The notes: a model not told the origin generated them from the letters alone. 64,000 bases of DNA from a bacterium (GCA_963693055.1 OY843751.1:1120001-1184000), one strand, 5' to 3'; counted from the stretch's first letter, positions 49,163 through 60,109 are shown. Made by a program: numbers and translations.

Positions 49163-50491
49163 ATGATATCAAAAAAAAATGAAGGTGATTTTGCCCCCCA
49201 CACCAATAACTTTGTAAGATCATTTAAAGGAATTCGAAGTATTTTTAGTAAAGGAATAATAAGTGTATTTGATCAATTTATATATTCTGGAACAAATTTT
49301 GTTATAAATTTAATATTAGCAAGATACTTGACAATTTCTAATTATGGAATATTCGGTACAGCTTATGGAACATATTTATTTATGTTTGGGATAAATCACG
49401 CATTTATTTTAGAACCATTAAATATAATCGCTATAAAATATTATAGCAATATGAGATTAAAATATTTATATAGTTTGATTATCATCCAAGTTTTTATAAC
49501 TTTTTTATTTTCATTTATTTTATTACTTATAAGTTTTCTTTTTATTGAAACTAACAATGAAATGTCCATTAGTCTTTTATATTTGGCTATTTTTAGTCCT
49601 TTTATGATAATTTTTTATACATTGAAAAGAATATGCTATTCATTTTTTAAACAATTATATTCATTCTATGGCAGTTTAATATATGTTTTTTTGTTAGTTT
49701 TGTTCTTTTTTTATTTAAATTCTTATGATACAATTAATGTCCAAAATTCATTTGTTATCATGGGAGTGGCTAGTCTTATATCATCATTTTTTATTTTTTC
49801 CTTTTTAAAATATATACTTAAAAATGAAAGTCAAGATCGAAAACCACAAATAATTGATGTTATCAATCATCATTGGCGGTTAGGGAAATGGTTATTATTC
49901 ACTGCTGGAATAGGTTGGTTATCTATTAATATTTATGTACCCATAATTGGATATCTTGGGAAATTAAATACTGCTGCAAGTTTAAAAACTCTTGAAAATT
50001 TTTTATTGCCATTAGAGCAATTGTTAACAGCTATCTCAGTATTTGTTATCCCATATATAATTAATTCTTACAGTAAAATTAAATCTTTAAAATATGTAAG
50101 AACAATTACTACTAAACTTGTATTAGCCGTTTTGCTTTTTTTAGTAGTAATAATTTTAATTTTTTATTTCTTTAGTAATGATTTGTTCGAAATTTTATAT
50201 GACAACGAAGTGTATGAAAAAAGTAGTTTCTTGCTACCATTCATTTGTTTAATTCTTATTTTTCGTACTATTCGAGATTTAAAATTTGGCGTTATTATTC
50301 GAATACTTGAAAAGTTTAAATATTTAATGGTGCCGACTTTATTTTCTTCATTATTTTCTTTAACAATTGGTTTAGTATTATTATGGCAGTATGACATGAT
50401 TGGAGCTGTTATTGCTAAAATACTTACGAGTTTTATAACAATGATTATTTTATATAAATTTTATTTAAAGGTTAGGATGGAAAGTGCTTAA
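49163..50491 (+). CDS. wzx: Oligosaccharide flippase
   Basis: About 12 TM segments; DQFIYSGTNF..ILARYL..YG; C-terminal IGAVIA. Confidence 0.75.
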   Translation: MISKKNEGDFAPHTNNFVRSFKGIRSIFSKGIISVFDQFIYSGTNFVINLILARYLTISNYGIFGTAYGTYLFMFGINHAFILEPLNIIAIKYYSNMRLKYLYSLIIIQVFITFLFSFILLLISFLFIETNNEMSISLLYLAIFSPFMIIFYTLKRICYSFFKQLYSFYGSLIYVFLLVLFFFYLNSYDTINVQNSFVIMGVASLISSFFIFSFLKYILKNESQDRKPQIIDVINHHWRLGKWLLFTAGIGWLSINIYVPIIGYLGKLNTAASLKTLENFLLPLEQLLTAISVFVIPYIINSYSKIKSLKYVRTITTKLVLAVLLFLVVIILIFYFFSNDLFEILYDNEVYEKSSFLLPFICLILIFRTIRDLKFGVIIRILEKFKYLMVPTLFSSLFSLTIGLVLLWQYDMIGAVIAKILTSFITMIILYKFYLKVRMESA

Positions 50492-51794
50492 TCCGATTTT
50501 TTGGTTAATTTCTATATTCGTATTCTATATAATAATGATTTCTTTGACGAAATGGGAAAAGGGAATATTGTTTTTTTTCTTTTATATTCAATTTGCTGGA
50601 TTTTTTAAAAGAATAATGTTAAGTATGGGATATGTTAATAATGTGTTGTATAATTTTTTTGTTGGTTATCAATATTTAATTTTATTTTCTTTGATTGTCG
50701 GTGCAATTATTTTTAAAAATAGAAATAATTTAAAATCAAATAGCTTTATTTCTATGTGGGTTATAGTATTTATTTTATTACTAATAATTTCAAGTTTTTT
50801 ATCACCATATTCATTAAATGATGTTATCTTTGTATCAATTTTGCATTATTTCCCTTTGTTCATTCTTCTCCCTTCGCAATTTTTATCAAAAGAATATTTA
50901 AATAAATTACTAAGCTTATGGTATTATACTGCACCTATTCATATTTTTTATCAAATTTTTCAATACTTTCATGGACCTTTTTCTTTTGAATTAAATTTTT
51001 TACTAACTAAATCATCACTTTCACATTCATTTGATAGTTCATTCGTTAGAGGAATACCTCTGTATGATAATGTTGAACCTTTATATTTACATTTAACAAT
51101 TGTTGCGGTATTAATTTTAAGTAAAAGAAAAACAATTGTTAGCTTTGTTTATCTTTTTTTATTATTATTATCTGTTGTACAAACTGGTAATCGAGGTGGT
51201 GTTTTAATTGTAGTTGGTGGGATGCTATTATTTACTTACTTGAAAACACAATTACCATTCCGAAAATCACTAGTTTTGTTTAGTTCAGTATTTATAATTT
51301 TTTCTTTAAATTTTTTTAGTGACTTTTTGTGGCATATTACTCAATTAGGTTCAATAAATCTTGGAAATTCTGATTTTTTTCGACGTTTAGGGACTTTAGG
51401 AACATTTTCTGATCGATTAATGGGGAGACAAATTGCTTTTGAACATATTAGTTTGTTTGGTCATGGTTTTGGTACAAGTGGTTTTGCTATGAATACTTTA
51501 CGTAATAAAGGATTAGATGCAACATTATATGACCGTTCAATTTTTGCACATGATTTAATAGGTGAAATAATATTAGATTTTGGTATTATTGGTTTGTTTG
51601 TTTTTATGATTTTATTATGGAAGATTTATAAAAAATTAAATACAAAATATTTTTTTTATTCAGTTATTACGTCTTCTTTTTTAATATCATCATTGATAGG
51701 AAGTAGTTTGACTTTTGGAAGATCAGCATATTTTGTTTTTTTATTAATTGCAGTTTTTTTTAATAATTATTTAACTGAATCAACCTTCAACTAG
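50484..51794 (+). CDS. wzy: Putative polysaccharide polymerase / O-antigen ligase-like protein
   Basis: Multi-TM, TGNRGG, LFGHGFG, AHDL...DFGIIG. Confidence 0.7.
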   Translation: MLNPIFWLISIFVFYIIMISLTKWEKGILFFFFYIQFAGFFKRIMLSMGYVNNVLYNFFVGYQYLILFSLIVGAIIFKNRNNLKSNSFISMWVIVFILLLIISSFLSPYSLNDVIFVSILHYFPLFILLPSQFLSKEYLNKLLSLWYYTAPIHIFYQIFQYFHGPFSFELNFLLTKSSLSHSFDSSFVRGIPLYDNVEPLYLHLTIVAVLILSKRKTIVSFVYLFLLLLSVVQTGNRGGVLIVVGGMLLFTYLKTQLPFRKSLVLFSSVFIIFSLNFFSDFLWHITQLGSINLGNSDFFRRLGTLGTFSDRLMGRQIAFEHISLFGHGFGTSGFAMNTLRNKGLDATLYDRSIFAHDLIGEIILDFGIIGLFVFMILLWKIYKKLNTKYFFYSVITSSFLISSLIGSSLTFGRSAYFVFLLIAVFFNNYLTESTFN

Positions 51795-51829
51795 TTTAAT
51801 ATAAGTGATTTTTTTATTAATACTTAAAT

Positions 51830-52615
51830 TTGATGTCTGGAAAAAATATGAAGATAAAACGTACAATAAATGAAATAATAAATTCTGATTATTATAAACT
51901 AAAACCAATTGAATCCATAAAATATATTTATTCGAAATATTATTTTTCAAAAAATCGAATTTTGAATTCTAATGAATTCTTGAATATATTAGGTATTGAT
52001 TCTTCTATATTAGATTCTTATAAATATAATTGGCAAGATATAATCGAAGGAAATATTAATGAATGTACTGATACGCATGTTGGGGTTCCTATTGAAGTGG
52101 GTAAAGTTTTATACGGAATTGTAAGGTTTTATAAACCACAGATACTTATAGAGACTGGTATTGCTGCTGGAATTTCTACCACTTTTATTCTAGCGGGATT
52201 ATTAGAAAATAAAAGTGGTATGCTATATTCAATTGATTTACCACCAAATTCTTATGAAGAAAAAGCAAAAGATGGTTCTAATTATACATGTAATAATAAG
52301 GGGATTGGTTGGGTAATTCCAGATATTATAATTGAGCAAAGCAAAAATATACACAAAATTATTTTAAATGATGTAAAAGTATCATTGCCAAAATTATTAA
52401 ATGAAAATCAAAAGATAGATTTTTTCTTACATGATGATTTGCATCTTCCCAATCATATGAAATGGGAATATGATTTGGTTTGGGATTATATTAACCAAGG
52501 AGGGATATTATGTTCTGATGATATCAATTATGGTTGGAAAGAATTTATTTGTGAGAAAAATATTTCTTTTGGTAAAAGAAATATTGATAGATTTGGTCTA
52601 GTAATTAAATCATGA
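51830..52615 (+). CDS. Class I SAM-dependent methyltransferase (Methyltransf_24-like)
   Basis: LIETGIAAGIST, SIDLP, IDFFLHD, GGILCSDD. Confidence 0.82.
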   Translation: MMSGKNMKIKRTINEIINSDYYKLKPIESIKYIYSKYYFSKNRILNSNEFLNILGIDSSILDSYKYNWQDIIEGNINECTDTHVGVPIEVGKVLYGIVRFYKPQILIETGIAAGISTTFILAGLLENKSGMLYSIDLPPNSYEEKAKDGSNYTCNNKGIGWVIPDIIIEQSKNIHKIILNDVKVSLPKLLNENQKIDFFLHDDLHLPNHMKWEYDLVWDYINQGGILCSDDINYGWKEFICEKNISFGKRNIDRFGLVIKS

Positions 52616-53787
52616 GAACTTGTGAAATGACCAACAAAAAGGAAAGTATTGCTATTTTAGCTCCATATTTAACGAATGATCATCCCGCTGGAAAACAAAT
52701 GAAGCTGGTTTTATTGATGTTAAATGAATATTATGATTTTCATTTATTTAGTTCAGAAGTTGATGATGACTTGAAAAGTATTGCTTCTTTCCATAAGGTG
52801 TATATTCCTAAAGTAAAGCCATTATTTGTACGTACTATAATGATTTTTTTTATTTATGGTGCTTTGTTCATATTCAAAAGATTAAATAAAAATTATAGTT
52901 TAGTACATAGCCTTGAGGGAACCTCACCATTTACAAATCTTGTATCTTTTCATTTTTGTGGGCCTAAATACTCAACTATTAATAAGTCTGTGAAGAAACC
53001 GAAATCAATTAGATCTATTTTTAAAAGCTTGCAACATTTTATAGGTGGAAAACTTGATAGCTATATAATCAATAATCCATATATCTATGGAAATGTATGT
53101 GTATCAACAGGTTTGAAAAATGATTTGATTGAATTTTATAATCCCAAAATTGAGCCTATTGTTATACCTAATGCTATTGATAATATTAAAAATAGTGAAC
53201 ATGTCAAAACTACTACCAAGTTAAATTATGAAAATTACACGTTAATAGGTATGATTGCAGCGCTTGGCAACTGGGAGCGGAAAGGACTTGATATTTTAAT
53301 AAAAGCTATATATAGGTTTAATGATAAAAATTCCACTAAACAAGATATAAAAATAATTGTTGTTGGTGATGGTGGTATAAATAAGTATCGAAAAATTGTA
53401 AAAAATTTGGGCTTAGAAAATCAATTTGTTTTTGCAGGATATCAAGAAAGTTTGGATGATTTTTTTGTTAAATCTGATTTTTTTATTTTACCATCATATT
53501 ATGAAGCATGGCCATTGGTTGCATTAGAAGCTGCTAATTTCAAATTACCAATAATAAGTACTGCGGTAAATGGAATGATTGATTTTGTTGAAGAAGGTGT
53601 AAATGGATTTTTTATATTAAACGATGTAGAGAACATAGCTAATGTTTTTATTAAATTATTAAGTAGAAAAAATAAACTTCCTCAAATGGGTATGAATGCC
53701 TATAAAAAAGTACAACAATATGATATTAAACTAATTAGCAATGAATATAATCACTTGTACAAATCTATTATAGAAAAGAAATGTTAA
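52612..53787 (+). CDS. Glycosyltransferase family 4
   Basis: VIPNAID, RKGLD, ILPSYYEAWPLVALEA. Confidence 0.9.
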   Translation: MRTCEMTNKKESIAILAPYLTNDHPAGKQMKLVLLMLNEYYDFHLFSSEVDDDLKSIASFHKVYIPKVKPLFVRTIMIFFIYGALFIFKRLNKNYSLVHSLEGTSPFTNLVSFHFCGPKYSTINKSVKKPKSIRSIFKSLQHFIGGKLDSYIINNPYIYGNVCVSTGLKNDLIEFYNPKIEPIVIPNAIDNIKNSEHVKTTTKLNYENYTLIGMIAALGNWERKGLDILIKAIYRFNDKNSTKQDIKIIVVGDGGINKYRKIVKNLGLENQFVFAGYQESLDDFFVKSDFFILPSYYEAWPLVALEAANFKLPIISTAVNGMIDFVEEGVNGFFILNDVENIANVFIKLLSRKNKLPQMGMNAYKKVQQYDIKLISNEYNHLYKSIIEKKC

Positions 53788-54992
53788 ATAGAAAGATTTT
53801 GAAATTAATTTTCCCTTATAAGTTTGTGATGAATTCATCTCAAACTATTTACGAATTATTAAGAGGTTGTGTAATATTAGCAAATTTTAATAGGGCTAAG
53901 TGGGATCCGCGAGTTAGAAATTTAACAAAATTGTTAATTGAAATCCAAAAAAATGATGGCGGTTTTGATATAGGTTATGATTTTTATTTTGGCTTATTAC
54001 ACAAAAGAGGTGAATCAACAACTCCAGAGTCTATTGCAAATATTGCTTTATATGAATCTTGGAAATATTTATCTGATAACCCTAGTGATGATTGTTTATT
54101 AATACAGACTGAAAATTCTATATTCAAATGTGGTGAATGGTTATTAAAACATTCAAATAAGACCTCTGATGGTTTTCATTATATCCCATACGCACCTTAT
54201 AGTTCAAATAGCTTAATCGTGATTAATGCAATGTCTTTTGCTGCGGGTGCATTAGTTCCTTACTTGATGATCGAAAACGGGAAAAAAAATAAAAATGCAA
54301 ATGAATTACTTTTTGGCTTGATATATCATATCGAAAAAAAATTAATTTCTTCTAGAAATTTAAAAGGTAAGATCTGGCCATACTGGGATGAAAAATGGGA
54401 TAATTTATCAGAATTTATGAAAAATAAGATTGATTATTATCATGCTGCGCAACAATTAGAAGTGCATTGTTTTATACATGAATATTATAAAATTGAAGAA
54501 AATTATAAAATTATTTTAAATGTCTATAATCATTTATTAGCATTATCGGAAAATTTTCATCCAATACCATATTGCAACAATCCTGAATACTTTAATGGTT
54601 TAATACATGTATGGGGTTACTCTTCTATTATTCCTGCTTTAATTTCTGCAAATAGAATATTAGAACGTGATGTAAAAGAAATTGATTTGATAATTAATAA
54701 TACAATTGACTGGTTGTTAAATTATTCTTTGAAAAAGAATTATTTTATTCCAGTATTAACAAGTGAAGGTCAAGCATTTGATGATGATGTATATGTGCGA
54801 TCCGATGCTTGGGTTTTTCATGCTTTATCAACTACAAACAAGCAATACAGTGATATTGAAAGCATTTTAGATGCTGTTTATTTAAATATTGAATCAAGAA
54901 ATTTTTCTGGTAAGGATAATCATGCATCATCAAATTTTTATAGAAATATTCGTAACTTAAAGAATAGAATTATTAAACGAAATTATAAATGA
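53781..54992 (+). CDS. Hypothetical protein, probable alpha/alpha-toroid polysaccharide-modifying protein
   Basis: 403-aa ORF overlapping the upstream gene; QKNDGGF, WPYW, IDYYH, RSDAW motifs. Confidence 0.55.
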   Translation: MLNRKILKLIFPYKFVMNSSQTIYELLRGCVILANFNRAKWDPRVRNLTKLLIEIQKNDGGFDIGYDFYFGLLHKRGESTTPESIANIALYESWKYLSDNPSDDCLLIQTENSIFKCGEWLLKHSNKTSDGFHYIPYAPYSSNSLIVINAMSFAAGALVPYLMIENGKKNKNANELLFGLIYHIEKKLISSRNLKGKIWPYWDEKWDNLSEFMKNKIDYYHAAQQLEVHCFIHEYYKIEENYKIILNVYNHLLALSENFHPIPYCNNPEYFNGLIHVWGYSSIIPALISANRILERDVKEIDLIINNTIDWLLNYSLKKNYFIPVLTSEGQAFDDDVYVRSDAWVFHALSTTNKQYSDIESILDAVYLNIESRNFSGKDNHASSNFYRNIRNLKNRIIKRNYK

Positions 54993-55014
54993 GAAGACAA
55001 AAGGTGATTTAATA

Positions 55015-56256
55015 TTGAAGTTTATTTTACTTAGTAGAGGCATCCCTCCAAGTACAGGTGGTTTAGAAAACTCAATAGTACATATTGCTAAAAGTTTAAT
55101 TAAATTAAATCATAAAGTATATATTATTTGTCCAAACGCCAACAAACAATTTAAGAGATATCTGTTAGATGGAATTAATATAATACTGTATCCATATGTT
55201 ATTAAACCATTATCTATAACGTTTCCATTTAATGATATTTATTATCTAAAAAAGTATTTACCTTTACTAATTAAGGAAATACAACCAGATTTGATTATCT
55301 CCAGATGGATTAATTATTCAATTGCTCTAAGTAAAATGAAAATAAAGATGAATTATATTTATATACCTCCAAGTGCATATCCATATACTATAAAAGGTTT
55401 ATTGATTAGTATTAAATATCACAATAATAATTTTAAAGATTATTTCAAGTATTTTAGTTGGGTAATTGCAAAAGTTTTCTCAAAATACTATGAATCTAAT
55501 GTTATAAAAAGGGCAATGTTTCTTATTGTTTTTAGTAATAATGTATTGAATCAATATCTAAGTTTATACCCTTCTTATAATAAGAAAATAATAAAAATAT
55601 TACCAGGTATTGACGCAAAGAGATTTAAATGTATAGATTATAATATTGCATCTTCTTTTATAAAAAATATGTACAAAATTCCTGAAGTTAAAAAAATATT
55701 AATTTATGTAGGTCGTCTTGAACCTGATAAAAATTTAATTGATTTATTTTATTCTCTCTATTTTTTAAAAAGTAATAAACCTGATTTGTTTGAATCAATA
55801 CATTTATTAATTGTTGGTTCAGGTAGTGAAGAAGAAAAATTACAAAAATTGGCAAAAAAATTTCAAATGGACCAATCCATTAGTTTTTGTGGTGCAATTT
55901 TTAAAGATTTGTCGTATTACTACTCAGCTGCATGGTTTTTGTTGCATCCAAGTAAATTTGAATCCTTTGGGCATGTAATTTTAGAATCATTTGTTTGTTC
56001 AACACCTGTGATTGCATATGAAACATATCTTAATAAAGTCATGACTGCCAGTAATGAATTAATTAAGCATGGAGTAAATGGCTATTTAGTTGATTCAAAA
56101 ATTGAAAATGATTTTGCAAAAAATATATGTAAAGCATTAGAATTATCTTTAAATGAAAGATTAGAAATGGGAAAAAAGTCAAAGGATGTAATATCAAACT
56201 ATAGTTGGGATTCTTTTATTTATAATATGTTAGAACAATATTCAATTTATGCTTAA
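55015..56256 (+). CDS. Glycosyltransferase family 4
   Basis: TGGLE, YVGRLEPDKN, PSKFESFGHVILES. Confidence 0.9.
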   Translation: MKFILLSRGIPPSTGGLENSIVHIAKSLIKLNHKVYIICPNANKQFKRYLLDGINIILYPYVIKPLSITFPFNDIYYLKKYLPLLIKEIQPDLIISRWINYSIALSKMKIKMNYIYIPPSAYPYTIKGLLISIKYHNNNFKDYFKYFSWVIAKVFSKYYESNVIKRAMFLIVFSNNVLNQYLSLYPSYNKKIIKILPGIDAKRFKCIDYNIASSFIKNMYKIPEVKKILIYVGRLEPDKNLIDLFYSLYFLKSNKPDLFESIHLLIVGSGSEEEKLQKLAKKFQMDQSISFCGAIFKDLSYYYSAAWFLLHPSKFESFGHVILESFVCSTPVIAYETYLNKVMTASNELIKHGVNGYLVDSKIENDFAKNICKALELSLNERLEMGKKSKDVISNYSWDSFIYNMLEQYSIYA

Positions 56257-57355
56257 AAAGAAAAAATTACTTATACTAGGTCAAACACCTCCTCCTTATG
56301 GAGGGCAGGCAATAATGATTGAGAATTTGGTGAATGCAAATTTTGATAATATTATTATATATCATATTCGATTTGCTTTTTCTGATGAGATGGATAAAAT
56401 CGGTAATTTTTCTATTAATAAACTATTCCATGCAATTAAAATTGTTATGATGGTTATTCTCCATCGTTTTAAATATAATATTGAAAATATTTATTATCCT
56501 CCAAGTGGTCCTAATAAATTACCAATGTTTCGCGATTTTATTGTTTTATTATCAACACGTTGGTTATTTAAAAAAACAATTTTTCATTTCCATGCAAGTG
56601 GAATCTCTGAAATTTACAATAATCTGCCATATTATATAAAACCTTTATACAGATTAGCGTATTTTAACCCGGATCTTTCAATAATGCAATCCAAATTAAA
56701 TCCTAATGATGGTCAGTTTTTAAATTCAAAAAAAAATATATTTTTACCTCATGGAATTAAAGATAATTCAATCAATTTTGCTAAGTTTTCTGAAAATAAA
56801 ATACCACATATATTATATATTGGTGTAATTAAAGAAACAAAAGGTATTGATTATTTAATTGATGCGTGTAAAATTCTAGCAAATAAAATGATAAAATTTA
56901 AATTGATTTTAGTTGGAAAGTTTGATTCAAAACAATATGAGAAACATATTATAGATAAAATTTGTAAATATAATCTTGAATCTTATATTATTATCAAAGG
57001 TGTATTGATTGGTGAGGAAAAATATAAAATTTACCTACAATCTGATTTACTTTGTTTCCCTACTTTCTTTGAGTCTGAATCGTTTGGTTTAGTACTACTG
57101 GAGGCAATGCAATTTTCTTTACCAATCGTTACTACAAATTGGAGGGCGATACCAGATATTATTTCAGACGGTGAGGAAGGATTTTTAGTTCCAATTAAAA
57201 ACAGTCTTCAACTTGCAAACAAGTTAGAAGTATTAGTCAATGAAAAAACTGTAAGAAAAATTTTTGGTGAAAGAGCCAGACAAAAATATTTGAATTTCTA
57301 TACTTGGGAAAGTTATAAACTCAATTTTGAAAAGATTATTTTATCGGTTATATAA
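56249..57355 (+). CDS. Glycosyltransferase family 4
   Basis: PPPYGGQ, TKGID, ESFGLVLLEAM. Confidence 0.9.
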   Translation: MLKKKKLLILGQTPPPYGGQAIMIENLVNANFDNIIIYHIRFAFSDEMDKIGNFSINKLFHAIKIVMMVILHRFKYNIENIYYPPSGPNKLPMFRDFIVLLSTRWLFKKTIFHFHASGISEIYNNLPYYIKPLYRLAYFNPDLSIMQSKLNPNDGQFLNSKKNIFLPHGIKDNSINFAKFSENKIPHILYIGVIKETKGIDYLIDACKILANKMIKFKLILVGKFDSKQYEKHIIDKICKYNLESYIIIKGVLIGEEKYKIYLQSDLLCFPTFFESESFGLVLLEAMQFSLPIVTTNWRAIPDIISDGEEGFLVPIKNSLQLANKLEVLVNEKTVRKIFGERARQKYLNFYTWESYKLNFEKIILSVI

Positions 57356-57356
57356 T

Positions 57357-58352
57357 ATGAAATTATATCTTGCTAAATTTAATGAAAATTTTTATTCTGT
57401 TCTTGAGGACGGAATATTATTTAATAATATCAGTAAATTGCAAAATGAATGCATAGCAATCAAACCCAACCTGACATTTCCAATTTTTAGAAAAGGTGTG
57501 ATGACAGGAACTGATACAATTGAAATGGTTGTGAAATACTTGAAACAATTTACAAACAATATTGTGATCTGTGAATCTGATTCTGGTGGATACAATAGAT
57601 TTTCAATAAGTGAGGTGTTTGCAGGGGTGGGTTTAGACAAGATTGCAAAGAAATATGATATAAAATTGGTCAACATGTCTTATGAGCCATCAAAAAATAT
57701 CAGTGTCTCGGTTGGTAATCGTAATATTGATGTGCCTTTACCCATTTTATTATTGGAAGAGACAGATTTATTTATTACTATGCCAGTTCCCAAAATCCAT
57801 ATGAATACCGGGGTGACTTTGTCCTTAAAAAATCAATGGGGTGTGATACAAGAGCCATCAGTGAGGTTGAAATTACATCCTTATTTTAAAGAAGTCATAT
57901 ATGCTGTAAATAAAGCATTACCCAAATCAATATCCATTGTTGATGGTAAATTCGGTTTAACAGGTAGCGGCCCAATGGCGGGAGAAGTGCTTGATTTAAA
58001 TTGGTTTGTGATGGGTGATGATCTGTTTGCAACTGATTTTGTTTTAACTAAAATGATGGGACTGGACTATCGTAAAATCAGCTATTTGAAATATATTTTT
58101 GATAAAGAGGGTATTTCTGATATCAAAGATATTAAATTGAATACTGACATTGAGCCATTTGTTAGAAATGATTTTTATCTGAAACGCAAGCTTACAGATT
58201 GGCCTGGTTATTTAGCCTTCAATTCGTCAGCTTTGGCTTACCTGGCTTATCATTCACCATTATCTGATATTTTACATAAATTATTATATTTGTTTCGTAA
58301 ACCATTTTATGATTATGATGATCCTTCAAAGACCTCAGAAGGACAAAACTAG
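57357..58352 (+). CDS. DUF362-family protein
   Basis: IKPNL, PVPKIH..TGVTLSLKNQWG, IVDG. Confidence 0.8.
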   Translation: MKLYLAKFNENFYSVLEDGILFNNISKLQNECIAIKPNLTFPIFRKGVMTGTDTIEMVVKYLKQFTNNIVICESDSGGYNRFSISEVFAGVGLDKIAKKYDIKLVNMSYEPSKNISVSVGNRNIDVPLPILLLEETDLFITMPVPKIHMNTGVTLSLKNQWGVIQEPSVRLKLHPYFKEVIYAVNKALPKSISIVDGKFGLTGSGPMAGEVLDLNWFVMGDDLFATDFVLTKMMGLDYRKISYLKYIFDKEGISDIKDIKLNTDIEPFVRNDFYLKRKLTDWPGYLAFNSSALAYLAYHSPLSDILHKLLYLFRKPFYDYDDPSKTSEGQN

Positions 58353-59102
58353 ATGTTTCGTGTTTTAAGTATTGACGTAACGAATACCAATCTTGTAAAA
58401 TCTGTCCATTCCATCCGCACCCGGATTGCTGAGCAGGGCAAAGGCTATGTGACAGTGACCGGGGTGCATGGTGTAATGGAGTCGCTGAGGCGTCCCGAAG
58501 TACGTGACGCGCACCGGGCAGCCTGGTTGACCGTTCCTGACGGTATGCCGCTGGTATATATTGGCAGAATGTTCGGTCATAAAGAAATAGACCGCTGTTA
58601 CGGACCTGATCTGATGTTGGCGGTAATGGAAGACTCGGTGAAACACGGCTATACCCATTATTTCTACGGCGGACAAGAGGGCCGCGCTCAGGAGTTGAAA
58701 CAGGCCATGGAGCAGCGGTTCCCCGGAGTTAAGATTGTTGGTACCTATACACCGCCATTTCGTCCACTGAACGAGCAGGAAAAGCAAGAGTTGATTGACC
58801 AGGTTCGGCAGCTCAAGCCTCATATCATTTGGGTGGGACTGTCTACACCCAAGCAGGAGTTGTTTATGCACGAGTATATGCCTCTGCTGGATACCAACAT
58901 TATGATTGGAGTGGGCGCCGCGTTCGACTTTCATACCGGTCATATCAAAAGCGCTCCCCGCTGGATGCAGCGCTCGGCATTAGAGTGGGCGTATCGGGTA
59001 TATCAGGAACCACGCCGATTATGGAAGCGGTATTTCGTCAATAATCCATTATTTATTTGGAATTTTACGTTACAATTGCTTAAATTACGAAAATACGATT
59101 GA
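58353..59102 (+). CDS. WecB/TagA/CpsF (GT26) glycosyltransferase
   Basis: VPDGMPL, YGPDLM, WVGLSTPKQE, GVGAAFDF, QEPRRLWKRY. Confidence 0.93.
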   Translation: MFRVLSIDVTNTNLVKSVHSIRTRIAEQGKGYVTVTGVHGVMESLRRPEVRDAHRAAWLTVPDGMPLVYIGRMFGHKEIDRCYGPDLMLAVMEDSVKHGYTHYFYGGQEGRAQELKQAMEQRFPGVKIVGTYTPPFRPLNEQEKQELIDQVRQLKPHIIWVGLSTPKQELFMHEYMPLLDTNIMIGVGAAFDFHTGHIKSAPRWMQRSALEWAYRVYQEPRRLWKRYFVNNPLFIWNFTLQLLKLRKYD

Positions 59103-59115
59103 AAGGGGCTGAATA

Positions 59116-60087
59116 ATGAAAACAGCATTGGTGTGCGGAGCCGGCGGATTTATTGGCGGGCATTTGGTAAAACGATTGAAACGAGAAGGCTATTGGGTAC
59201 GTGGCGTTGATCTCAAATATCCCGAGTTTGATGAAACCGCAGCAGACGATTTTATCATTGGCGATTTACGCGATTTTGATACATGCCGCTATGCCGTCGA
59301 TCAAAAATTTGACGAGGTGTATCAGCTTGCCGCGGATATGGGCGGCGCAGGATTTGTCTTTACCGGAGAGAATGACGCGGACATTATGCACAACTCTGCG
59401 CTCATTAATTTGAACATTCTTGATGCCTGTCACAAACGTAATGTCAAAAAAGTGTTTTATTCTTCATCTGCATGTATTTATCCGGAGCATAATCAGCTTG
59501 ATCCTGACAATCCCAACTGCACCGAGGCGTCGGCATATCCTGCAAATCCGGATAGCGAGTACGGCTGGGAAAAGCTGTTCAGTGAGAGGTTGTATTTTTC
59601 ATTTTATCGTAACTATGGCATTGAGGTAAGGGTAGCGCGTTTCCACAACATTTTTGGTCCTTTGGGTACCTGGCAGGGAGGCCGTGAAAAAGCGCCGGCA
59701 GCGTTTTGCCGCAAAGTAGCTATGACCCCGGATGGCGGTGAGATGGAGATGTGGGGTGATGGAGTACAAACCCGCTCGTTTTTATATGTTGATGAATGTC
59801 TTGAAGGCGTTAGACGCCTGATGGAATCGGATTTTATTGGCCCGGTGAACATTGGTTCCGAAGAAATGGTATCGATCAATCAATTGGCAGCAATGGTTAT
59901 GGAAATAGCGGGTAAGCAATTGAGTGTTAAACATATTCCGGGTCCGCAAGGTGTGCGTGGCCGTAACTCGGACAACCAGTTAATTTTTGAAAAATTGGGA
60001 TGGAAACCTGACGCTCCGTTAAAAGACGGTCTGCGTGAAACGTACAAGTGGATTGATGCTCAGGTGAAATCATCCAAACTCCTATAA
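59116..60087 (+). CDS. NAD-dependent epimerase, GDP-mannose 3,5-epimerase-like
   Basis: GAGGFIG, LAADMGGAG, SSSACIYP, YGWEKL, GGREKAPAAFCRK, GVRGRNSDN. Confidence 0.85.
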   Translation: MKTALVCGAGGFIGGHLVKRLKREGYWVRGVDLKYPEFDETAADDFIIGDLRDFDTCRYAVDQKFDEVYQLAADMGGAGFVFTGENDADIMHNSALINLNILDACHKRNVKKVFYSSSACIYPEHNQLDPDNPNCTEASAYPANPDSEYGWEKLFSERLYFSFYRNYGIEVRVARFHNIFGPLGTWQGGREKAPAAFCRKVAMTPDGGEMEMWGDGVQTRSFLYVDECLEGVRRLMESDFIGPVNIGSEEMVSINQLAAMVMEIAGKQLSVKHIPGPQGVRGRNSDNQLIFEKLGWKPDAPLKDGLRETYKWIDAQVKSSKLL

Positions 60088-60109
60088 ATAGGGTATAGGG
60101 GAGGTATGC

